From NCBI GenBank assembly GCA_040954595.2, contig CM082589.2, positions 4,416,213 to 4,480,212 on the forward strand: a DNA stretch of 64,000 bases, in the 5' to 3' direction. A program made the translations under genes and the position numbers. Numbering within the stretch: position 1 is the stretch's first letter; each line of letters begins with the position of its first letter. Below are positions 1 to 9,727 of the stretch, piece by piece. The stretch comes from Balanoglossus misakiensis (Eukaryota; Animalia; Hemichordata). Below the pieces are notes generated by a model. The model ran no database searches and was not told where the DNA came from. It worked only from the letters and a program-made list of their open reading frames with translations.

Positions 1-14
1 TCTATTGCTTCCAG

Positions 15-500
15 GATGGTTTAAATTGTCACTCAATCAACAATGACTTCCACGAGAACATCACGCCCACGATTCTTGCTTGCCACCAAAACAACTACGT
101 CATCTTAAAGCTCCTGCTGAATTACGGCGCCAGTATCCAGACACCGAGCAATTCCAAAGCAGCCATGAACGGGGAACTGTCACTGCAACACTCGGTGGGG
201 ACGATTAACATCTACCGGGCGATCACGAGCGAGGCGTACATCTCGCTCACCAGCGAAGACCCGCTCCTGCAGGCCTTCAAGTTGAGCGCCAAGATGTCGC
301 AGCTGAGCTACCAGGATTTCGAGTTCCGTGCCGAGTACACCGCAATGGCCGACCGGTGCGAAACGTATGCAGCCGACTTGCTGGACTACGTCAGAAACAG
401 CGAAGAGCAGAAGACCATCATGACGCACGGCTCCGGGTGCAAAACCCAATCCCCGAAACCTGCCAAGGTCAGCGACGCTTTGACGTACGACCAGAGGAAG
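15..500 (+). CDS. TRPC-family channel, internal exon A (last ankyrin repeat + linker/TRP_2 region); 5' part of gene lies outside window
   Basis: Acceptor ttccag|GAT at 14/15, donor AAG|gtaaac at 500/501, phase 0-0. Translates DFHENITPTILACHQNNYVILKLLLNYGA...SLQHSVGTINIYRAITSEAYISLTSEDPLLQAFKLS...EFRAEY, matching the TRPC ITPxILAAHxNNYEIxKLL...DSLRHSxxRxNxYxALASP...DPxLTAFxLS pattern. Confidence 0.92.
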
Positions 501-823
501 GTAAACTGCAAAACATTGTATGAAAGTGCACCATTTTCGATTCTAACTTGCCAAAGGTGCCACTTTATAATTACATGTAAACCAGATATCTTTAAAACTT
601 GCTGTTTTGTTTTGTGAAGTTGTTAAACCACCAACACATACCAGTACACACATAATGAAACTCTTTGAAACTAATACAAATGTATATCTTTATAAGTCAA
701 AGACGTCTTTCACTATAAAACGGAAGTCACTTTTGCGCATGCGTAATCATATGCAAATCCCTCGTAACGGGCGCTATGTGGAGACATGCGTGATACCAAT
801 CACTTTGACCCTTTTTTCCCCAG

Positions 824-1196
824 TTCGTAGCGCATTCTGTTTGTCAACAATATCTGACAGAAAAGTGGTACAGCGGCTTTGCAAGGTGGCGGTGGCAGAG
901 TGACTTGGAGGTGTTCGTGCAGGCCTGCTTGATCGGCCTGTGTTACCCGTTTCTCGCGCTCTGCTACATCGCCAGCGAGAATCTTTACTTTGCCCGGATG
1001 CTGAAAACGCCCTACATCCGGTTCATCGGTCACGTGGCTTCACTGCTGGTCTTCTTGCTGTTGCTCACGCTCCACCTGTCCTATTCAACACCTGAACAAC
1101 TTGTGCGCACCACCGAGGACGGGGTCGTGAGAGCGACATTGGTTGTTACTCTTGTGCCAGAACCGGTGGAAATTCTCATCATTATATGGATTGTGG
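824..1196 (+). CDS. TRPC-family channel exon B (pre-S1, S1, start of S2)
   Basis: Acceptor tttccccag|TTC, donor G|gtaagc, phase 0-1. FVAHSVCQQYLTEKWYSG...PYIRFIGHVASLLVFLLLL matches TRPC FVAxPNCQQxLxxxWY...PFxKFIxHxASY. Confidence 0.92.
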
Positions 1197-1386
1197 GTAA
1201 GCCTGCTTCTATGTGGATTACCACCACTGCCATAAATAAACAAGAAAATAAACATGCATGTTCACGTAGTAGACCGATTGATGTAAACTCAGAGATGTTA
1301 ATTCACCATTGGCAGAAACTCGGTGGACGAAAAAATATATGTCAAAAATGATCACCGTTTTTGTTTCTACTTTTGTTTCGAAATAG

Positions 1387-1529
1387 CGCTAACTTGGGCA
1401 CTTATTCACCAATTATGGTCGAAAGGAATGAAATGTTTCAGCTACAACAAACAAGCGAAGGCAACAGATATAGTAACATTGGTTCTTTTCTGGTCATGGA
1501 TGATTCTGAGAACGTATGCTGGAATTAAG
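1387..1529 (+). CDS. TRPC-family channel exon C (end of S2, S3)
   Basis: Acceptor aaatag|CG, donor AAG|gtacag, phase 1-0, which keeps frame with both neighbours. ALTWALIHQLWSKG resembles TRPC GxIWxEIKQxWxxG. Confidence 0.85.
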
Positions 1530-1751
1530 GTACAGTGTCTAACTGTTCGTCCAATTGCGGACTTTATACTGTAACTGGTATCATATTTGAATACAATAGC
1601 CTCACTTCACAGGAACTCGACGGTCCATATTGGGGAGAGTTTGATGTCAGCGGATATTTTATAAATTAAAACCATGAGCAGTTTTTTTCTCTTTCTGAAA
1701 ATACATAATTTTCGACATGCACCGTTTAAGTTAAGTTTCATTTCTTTGCAG

Positions 1752-2440
1752 ACATACGTCGATGGCGAAGGTGCACTGGGATCAAATCAGACCACGGTAG
1801 CAAACGATTCACTCATCTACGTTGACACCGGATACACCGGAAGTGACGACCTGCTGTGCGTCATACCGGAACAGAACGAGGACACGTTTGCAAATCTCGT
1901 CGACACCATGGGCCAGTTGTACGACTCCGACGAGGAATCCCAGTCGGCGCTGGAATGCATCCTGAAGGACGCGCTGTTTCAGCTGAACGAGAATGTAGAA
2001 TGCGAGACCGGAGAAGGGGGCGGCGGCCGCCGGCGCCGGGCAGCGCGGGTGGCGTTCCGACCCAAACCCGGTTCCGGTTCCGGTCAGGCGGCGCCGCAGC
2101 TCTTGATGACGACCAGTCTCTTCGACATGTCAGCCACCCATCCAATCCTGGTCGGCGAGAGTCTCTTCGCGCTGGCGAAAGTCCTCAGTTTCTTGGGACT
2201 CGCGCGAATGACGGTGGCGCACTTGCACATGGGACCGATGCAGATATCGTTCGGTCGCATGGGCTCCGACATAGGGAAGTTTCTTGTCATCTTTGCGCTA
2301 ATCCTGTTTGCCTTCGCCGTGGGTATGAATCAGCTGTACTACATGTATTCATACGAAGTTCATTATCATTGTCAACAACAGCAACTACTGCAAAATGATG
2401 AATGGGACCCGAAAGCTTGTTTGGAACAACCATATAAAAG
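1752..2440 (+). CDS. TRPC-family channel exon D (long S3-S4 loop, S4, S5, pre-pore loop)
   Basis: Acceptor ctttgcag|ACA, donor AG|gttggt, phase 0-2. HPILVGESLFALAKVLSF...HMGPMQISFGRMGSDIGKFLVIFALILFAFAVGMNQLY matches TRPC HPxLVAEALFAIA...HLGPLQISLGRMxxDIxKF...GLNQLY. Confidence 0.93.
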
Positions 2441-2719
2441 GTTGGTTATAGGTAGAAATAGTAGATTCCTGGGATTAAAGTCGAGACTTTCCTTTCACTT
2501 ATAGTTATCTTGTAGTTCGATATACATTGTATTCTTAGTTCAGTTAGCCGCGGCCATTAAAATGTACAGCCGCAATTGAAGTTGATAAAATGCTTGTCTA
2601 CACTCACCATGCAGTTAACTCACAAGTTCGTAAGTAAAATCATGAAAATATTCCAAAAATTGGCAGCTATTGGGGCTTTAATACATACAGGCTTTCGTCA
2701 CTTCTTCTCTTTCTTTCAG

Positions 2720-2918
2720 TCTCCTAAGCTCCCTCGCCACTTTGTTTTGGACCGTGTTTGGCATGTCCGACGTCAGGGACCTGAAGATGACCCTATCTGA
2801 TCGGTGGTTCACCGAAGTCATCGCCAATTTCCTCTTCGCTCTCTACCAAGTCTTGGCCGTCATCGTACTGCTCAACATTCTCATCGCGATGATGAGTAAT
2901 ACATACCAACGCGTGGCG
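2720..2918 (+). CDS. TRPC-family channel exon E (pore helix and S6)
   Basis: Acceptor ttctttcag|T, donor GCG|gtaagt, phase 2-0. Pore motif TLFWTVFG and S6 VIVLLNILIAMMSNTYQRV. Confidence 0.95.
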
Positions 2919-3024
2919 GTAAGTCAGGGGTCTATTGAACCAGACAATCCGACGACCCCCTTAACGTGTAGCGGTTGGTCTCATACATGTACATGTGTGC
3001 ATGTAGCTTATGAACTTCCATTTC

Positions 3025-3120
3025 TTAAACATGGCAAAAATCGGCCATCTTGAAATTGTGTCGACCATATGTGATTTTCATAATTCACCTACTTACTGCA
3101 TTAAGGTAGGGAGAATTTCC
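3025..3120 (+). repeat. ~100-bp dispersed repeat, copy 1 (in TRPC intron E-F)
   Basis: TTAAACATGGCAAAAATCGGCCATCTTGAAATTGTGTCGACCATATGTGATTTT...GAGAATTTCC aligns by eye with the reverse complement of 38979-39079 and with 49709-49808. Confidence 0.75.
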
Positions 3121-3159
3121 TTATGATATCGGCTGTCGTATTTTGCGTTTCTCTTGAAG

Positions 3160-3330
3160 GATGACGAAGACATTCAATGGAAGTACTCCCGGTCACTGCT
3201 CTGGCTTTCTTACTACGAAGAATCGGCCGCCCTGCCGCCGCCGTTCAACCTAATTCCCAGCGTGGACAGCATGAAACGCCTCGCCAAGCGAGTCTTCTGC
3301 ACAACCGTGTACTGCGGAAAGAAGAAAAGG
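3160..3330 (+). CDS. TRPC-family channel exon F (TRP box / TRP domain)
   Basis: Acceptor ctcttgaag|GAT, donor AGG|gtaagt, phase 0-0. DIQWKYSRSLLWLSYYEESAALPPPFNLIPS corresponds to TRPC DxEWKFARxKLWxSYFEEGxTLPxPFNxIPS. Confidence 0.95.
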
Positions 3331-3596
3331 GTAAGTCCGCCGTGTGCTGACCGGTGATCACACCAGAAAGGTTCGCGTCGCCTGCAGACTTACATTAAAG
3401 AGAACGGTATCGATTACTCAGTGAATTAAATAACGAGCAAGAGAGAAAATGATTTTATTGATTCTCAAAGTTTGGCGATTCCTCTAAAAATGCAAACATA
3501 TTTACTGAAAACACGGTGGATTATGTTAAACGACGTGAGCCAGGAATCTTGCAGCATTAAATGGTGAAGTCTAAAATGTAAGTTGATTCATTACAG

Positions 3597-3638
3597 CTAC
3601 GAGCTAAGTATGGCGATGATGTGAAGTCGGCATACAAG
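3597..3638 (+). CDS. TRPC-family channel 42-nt micro-exon G (LRAKYGDDVKSAYK), not in ORF track
   Basis: Acceptor cattacag|CTA, donor AAG|gtaggg, phase 0-0, open frame. Supplies the Tyr of the conserved Y-x-x-V-M-R-x-L-V-x-R-Y-V rib helix when joined to the next exon (YK|TVMRTVVDRYV). Confidence 0.75.
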
Positions 3639-3851
3639 GTAGGGATAGCTACGTTTACTCTGTTTATTTGTCACGGTCAAATCTGGCTGTCGCATATCTT
3701 TTAATTTTGGAAACCTATTTCAGCCATCTGGCTCAAGACAGCGTAATGTTATATAATTGTCTCAAAGGAACGCAATCTCTCGCTGTGCGCATGCGTTTTA
3801 CTCATAACAGTGGTTTACACTTGCCCTTATTTGAATATTAAACCCACGCAG

Positions 3852-4199
3852 ACGGTTATGAGGACAGTTGTCGACCGCTACGTGTTTGATAAACTGGTCA
3901 CCGAGGAACCCGCCGATGCGATGTTACTGCAGTTAAAGCAAGACATGTACGGCTTCAAGGACGACATGTTCTCCACTCTGGACCACATGGACGACAAAAT
4001 GTCCAAGATCCACCACTCCGTCGACGAGGGCGCCGAGGAAGGCGAGAAAGCGACCGTGACCGACCTGATGAAAGATTTCAGCAGCGCTCTCACCGACGTC
4101 GGCCCAATCAGACCAGAAGCGCTCGCTCAGCTCATGGGCGTGACCGATGAAATTACTTTTGCCGAGGAGGACTCAATGGAATCTTCTGGAGAGGATTAG
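3852..4199 (+). CDS. TRPC-family channel terminal exon H (rib helix, coiled coil, acidic tail, stop TAG)
   Basis: Acceptor cacgcag|ACG. TVMRTVVDRYV...LQLKQDMYGFKDDM matches TRPC VMRxLVxRYV...ExKQDISSxRxE. The eight exons sum to 2451 nt (816 codons + stop) with no frameshift. Confidence 0.9.
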   Translation, partial: TVMRTVVDRYVFDKLVTEEPADAMLLQLKQDMYGFKDDMFSTLDHMDDKMSKIHHSVDEGAEEGEKATVTDLMKDFSSALTDVGPIRPEALAQLMGVTDEITFAEEDSMESSGED

Positions 4200-7100
4200 A
4201 ATAGTGGCTTGACACACAGGATGCAAAAGACGGACATCTTGTTTTTATGTAAGGTAGGAATTTCAATGGTGGCCCACACCCTACACTTCTTACCTTATTG
4301 TCATCAGTTTATTGTCCATTAACATGTCCGAAGAAGCCATAAAATGATGTACATGTAAAATTAAAGGGACGTGATGTATTGACCAAATCACGAAAGACGC
4401 TGAGTGTATTTATTTATGCTGAATATAAGGCAAACACAGATCCAGTACCGTATTTGTAAAATGTAATAAGTACATGTAAATTATGTGGATGAAATACTAG
4501 TATGTAGTCCGGACTTAGAATTATTTCCCATATGCAAAACCTACGTCATGTTACATATATTCAAATTGAAAGGACCCCACTGATGACATCATTCAGCGTT
4601 TAAACAGTACGGATAAAATAACTAATATGACAATATAAACTTTTCACCATTTTGACGGTGTGTATGGAACTTTTTTAGGATACTGACTCATTCCACTTCG
4701 CGTTTTATTGTATAATATAACGAGTTGTAAGAGCTTAACCCTTTAACCACCATAGATTGGTCCCGATCCATTGCTTTTCTGAGATATAGGGTTCACGGTA
4801 TATTGGCATTTAGCAAGTTGACGTACTTCTCAATCGTCATGAATTAGTTTACACGTATCAGACTAGAATTCCATTGGAGTGACATCACATCTGTGTATTG
4901 CAAATTGTTAACATCTTAGTTAAAGAAACGAAATGTCAGCTTTCTTATGAGGTTTTATTTTTATACAATAATATGGTTTTGTTATTATTCTTGATGCCAA
5001 ACGTATAGATTTAGTTAATCATATCATTGGTGCACAGGCCTTTGCAGTTGCAATTAAAGAATATGTAATGTTTATTGTATGCTTTTAGTTCCATAACAAG
5101 GTTGCATATAATTGTACCGATTGTTGCCGAATACAGGGTTCATTGTCACATTTATGTTCCGTGTTTCGAGTTATGATTACGTCAAATACCAAAATTGTTA
5201 TGTCATTTTATCAATCATTGCTGATATCACGGGTGTCTTTTTTTATTCTACCCTCTCTTCTTCGTTGGTGGTGGAGCAACCAGAATGATGGGTGTCCCTG
5301 ACCACGATCCTGAAGAGCGCCCACAAGCGGCGAACAGTCACTCCACATCTTGTTTTCATGAGTGAGTTGCGGAATAATATAGAAAGGCGGGTAAACTCGG
5401 GCCCAGGTTTTACATGTCTCTCTGCATATGGTGACCACAACACAAGACGCAGGAAAAATAGTTTGATGAAACAGATTAGTAGTAGTGAACTTTTATTAAA
5501 ATAATGTGCAGTAAATATCACGTGATTACAAATTGTTAACCACAAAACGTACATTTAATATTTCTTGCCGTGCCGTTTAAAGTGTATGGCCAGCATGTAT
5601 CGTGTCAGAAAAGGGCAATCACAAAATAAAGCCATCTGATTAAATCCTGATATTATCACGCTAACTTTGAGAAGCACACACTCATATGAAAATATTCTAC
5701 ATGTACGAAATTTGATGAAGATTAAAAGGCACGTACAACGTCGGTTACGTCACTACATACAACAGAACTTCAACATACTTCTTTACTCCAATATGTGCAC
5801 GTGTTGCGACATCGACGTCTGTTATGTGCCAGTCCACGTTTGTTATTGCTGTCACGTGTGAGCCTACATTGCGCACGTGACTTTGCTTGGAAATGTTCTG
5901 CCACTGACTGGCCACTATAGACAGCTTTGACTGTTTATATGTATAGATTCCCAAACTGCTGCGTGCATGAAGACGCGGTGACGTGCCTGCGTCAACCGCC
6001 ACAACATTTGTTTCCGTTGAAACATATGACCAGTGCATTATAAATTTGAGCTAAAGTTTGGCATATACACACTAGGATAGTAAAATGAGAATATTTTTCG
6101 GAAAACTATTGAAATGTAGTCAATCAGTCCTATCTGCTTTCACTTTCATTGTGCATTTTAAAATTTTCTCTCAAATATATTTGTATTAGAAATTTCAACC
6201 CCTTTCTCTCGGTTCTGGCGGGAATCGTGTGTTGACAAGTCCAGTTGTTTTCTAAGCAACATCCCCAGTCTAAATCGCTTGGGAGCAAATCGGTCATACC
6301 TTGAATTTCATAAATCACGCTGGTACGCCGCGGGACACCTGCCTACAGAACCGTGATTTGTTCACCTCGTTAAAAATCTCTTGACGAAATAAATATACGC
6401 CTCCTTTCATCTTGGTTACGGTAAATAGCGTGGAGAGTTAAGGGTCATGTGAGCCGTCAAGAAGGGTTGTCCATCAACGGGTACCTGTCATTTTGTGCGC
6501 TTGTATCGCGGTTGAAATATTCGCCCAAACGGCAGATACGGGAAGGTCGACAGTCTTACTGTGTGCAAAAGGTGACTCTGATATACGTTGCTAGCGGCAT
6601 TTCATTATAACGATCGATAGTATGCCATGTTAGTGATGGAATTCTCCTGAAAATGCAATTTACTTATCGATAGCAGAGAAATCATGTGCTGTGATGAAAA
6701 TAAACTTGGTGAAAACAATGTACATGTATATTTCATTAAGTACATTATATCTACGATTAATTTTTGAACTGGATTATAATGAAAGCACGCAGTGAGATCC
6801 CCGTTGTCAAAAACAAAGCAACATCGTTATCTGAACATGAAAACTGTTTTTTGTTCTTGGTAATTCTCTTCATAAAATTAGGAATGGTGACAAAAATACA
6901 ATATGTCAACACCTGTCGAAATTTCCAAAACAGGATTCATGATTTAGGAACTGCATATTTTTCAATCTTACTTGAGTACATTATGAGAGTGGCAACCGTC
7001 GTTTTTAAGAATTGGTATACAAATATTTACAACATTTAGCCTAAATCCGTGTCCATAGCCTATTTCAGAGTGACAAATGGTGCATTGCAGTAATTAGTAG

Positions 7101-7422
7101 AAAATGTAGCTCGTGCTGATAATTGCAATTTCTGCCTCGAAAAAATGGTGGACTTGAACCCTTAAAGGTATACGACCATCACCAAATCATGTATGGTTTA
7201 TTCGTCGTCAAAACGACGTCTCCAGGTGTTTGCATGATCACACGGTGGCGCCCTTCAATTGAATTATTTGTAGTGAAAACGTGTCTCGTTATTGTGTCAT
7301 TTGGTGTTCACTGTATACTAGTGTTCGGCTGGTTATATATAGACGTAATATGGCCGCGTGCCACGCGCACTGTAGTTGTAGCGAGAAGCTAACAGCTACA
7401 ACTAGTAAACGCTCCCGATACT

Positions 7423-9527
7423 CTAAACATCTGAACGTTCATACATTGACGTCCTTGACACGTGGCTGGACGGCACATCGAATTTATTCACAATTTGCCA
7501 CTTGGGCCTGTTCAGGTTCCTTCTCGCGGCGGCATTGCGGCCCCTCCGACACAGGAGGGCGTCCTTCATCTTCATCCGGAAGTTGTCCGACAAGAAGGCA
7601 TACAGTATAGGGTTGAGGGCACTGTTCAAAAAGTATATGATGCGCACGAGCGGCATCAGCAGCTGTCCAAACATTGTATTGTACGGGTACTCGCCGACTT
7701 GTACCCACACGTTATAAATTTGAAAAGGTAACAAGCACAGAGCAAATGATCCCACCACTGCCACCAAAAGTCGAATCACTTTCTTCCTCGCACTCAAAAC
7801 CCTTTCGTTGACACTTTTGGTGCGTCGCAGTTTCCCTGTTTGCAAAGAAATCGAATCCCTGGACGAGGTTGAGCAAGTCGATACTTTCTTTTTCTTGGCC
7901 ACGCCAATCACCGGGTGACTGCTATACTTATTTTTAATACCATTGCGCGAGAAAAACTTGATATGTCTCTTGTACTTTGTTTTCTTTCCAGTTTCGAGGT
8001 CGCTAATCCCATCGTTTAGAGTCTTTTTGATTTCCTCTTTCGGAGTTTCGCGTTTGATATCCTGACCCTTAGGCAACCTTTGCACCCATATAGGCTCTTC
8101 TGGTGTACTTTTGGATGTTTGTTGGGTAGTTCTTGGCTCTCCGCCATCTTTCGATGGCAGTCGTTGATACAGTTTGTTGTTACTCCGCCTGGCAATTTTT
8201 GTCGCGTCAGCAGGCTCCTGTCCAAGCCCGCACGGCTTCGACTCAAACCACACTTTAGTACCCGGGCTTCCGTTCTCGTTAATATGGCTGGTGGATTTCG
8301 ACTTCCGGTGAATCTTTTCCGGGACATGCAAGCAATACTTGTTATTCAGTGACATCGCAGATTTCGCGGGTTGTAACTGGTCCGTGTTGGATTTCGTCCT
8401 GGTGAACTCGCCATTTTGACCACTGGGAAACAAGTTCTCCTTATTGTAGCACTCCCCGAGTCCGTCTGTTTCTTTTGCAACACCCAAGGCAAGTGTTGGG
8501 TTGGACGTGGTTTTATCACACTCAGGTTCTTCTGGAATCTCGTTGTCATCTTTGAAGAGTACGTGGTACGGCAGGCTGTGTTTGGTATCCTTTGATGATG
8601 ACTTGTCCTTATTCCCTTCTTCTGACGACACAGAAGACACGTCACTTCCGGAGATATCACTTAGATCACGTGACGTCCTAGCTCTCGTACCGGCGGGAGA
8701 GGAGACGATTACCTTTCCGGTGAACGGCACAGACTGTTCTTTCCCCCACCGAACAACCCGTTTCTCTTTCTTCCCGCCCGGGTTCTGCTGCATTTTCGGC
8801 GTCTCGCTGAGGGCCATGTGACCTTTCCCGCTGCTTATCCACAGTCGCCGCGCGATGAGCGAGTACAACACAAACATGGTGAGCAGTGGCGCGAAGTACC
8901 ACAGACACATCGACAGGTTGGCGTAGATTTTGATCATATCCATGGTCTGCACACTGCTGTCCTGAAGCATGCAGTAAACAACGGTGACGTTGTCCTCGTA
9001 GACGACGGCCCCGTACAGGTGCAGCATTGGCGCGTTGTAACCTATACCCAGCAACCACACCACAACAATGGCGACTCGCATGCGCGCCAGGGTCAAAATT
9101 CGTCGACTGTGCATGGGCAGCGTGATGGCGATGTACCGCTCGACGGAGATCACCGTGAGGAGGCTGATAGACACCGACGTCGTCATCCCCTTCATGAACT
9201 GGTACACTTTGCATATGACCCCTCCGAGGAACCACGTGGGACTAATCCAGTAGAACAGGTCCGGGAGAATGACACACACCCCGACGAACAGATCGGCCAC
9301 GGCCAGGTTGGCCAAGAAGAAGTTGGTCACCGTTCGCATCGACCGGTTGGCGGCGACCACGTAGATCACGAGAATATTCCCGAGAACACAAGGCACAAAC
9401 ACGAGCGTGTAGAAGAAAATCAAACAATTTCGGACAACCGGTTGGTTGAAGACCACAGGGTAGAACTCGTAGTCGCCATAATCGGAGCCGTCAGTCTCGT
9501 TACTGTGGTTCGAATAATTGAACATTT
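7423..9527 (-). CDS. Class A (rhodopsin-like) neuropeptide-type GPCR, trissin-receptor-like; main coding exon
   Basis: Seven hydrophobic segments with GN (TM1), NLAVADL (TM2), WFLG..CK, SVERY (TM3), WYFAP (TM5), FALCLLP (TM6), NSALNPILY (TM7) and FR helix 8. Acceptor tcttattttacag|AA at 9528/9527. GPCR call is firm; trissin-receptor affinity is by resemblance (very long ICL3, non-Trp at 6.48) and is less certain. Confidence 0.93.
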
Positions 9528-9708
9528 CTGTAAAATAAGAATGATATCTCATGAGGGGGAGGGTGATCACCACGCCTCTAAATAGTCTCAATTGAGTCCA
9601 GATTATTTCACAAGAAGTGTTTTAATTTCAATCGCTAATCAATCAGCGATGGACGCAAAAAAATATTAAACACTGTCAACAACAACAACAACAACATCAA
9701 GAACTTAC

Positions 9709-9727
9709 CATACATTGAAGCCGACAT
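9709..9727 (-). CDS. GPCR first coding segment (MSASMY-E) at the end of a 90-nt exon 9798..9709
   Basis: Minus strand: acceptor ttttttttgcag| at 9799/9798, donor TATG|gtaagt at 9709/9708. ATG TCG GCT TCA ATG TAT G|AA ATG splices in frame to the main exon, and an in-frame TGA 9 nt upstream fixes the start. Gives 707 aa rather than the 722-aa TTG-started ORF. Confidence 0.75.

Noticed and set aside
4735-4810. TTAACCCTTTAACCACCAT, resembling a piggyBac/MITE left end
   Set aside because: No matching right terminal inverted repeat found nearby.
5211-5554. Overlapping short ORFs between the two genes
   Set aside because: No recognisable domain or convincing splice structure; likely UTR or intergenic.
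7462-9585. Antisense and alternate-frame ORFs over the GPCR (e.g. 8818..9585 +) and over TRPC exons (1856..2398, 180..449)
   Set aside because: Shadow ORFs from GC-rich codon usage; no recognisable motifs.
9528-9591. N-terminal 22 codons of the 722-aa GPCR ORF
   Set aside because: TTG start in a eukaryote; the segment ends in a polypyrimidine-CAG acceptor, so it is intronic.
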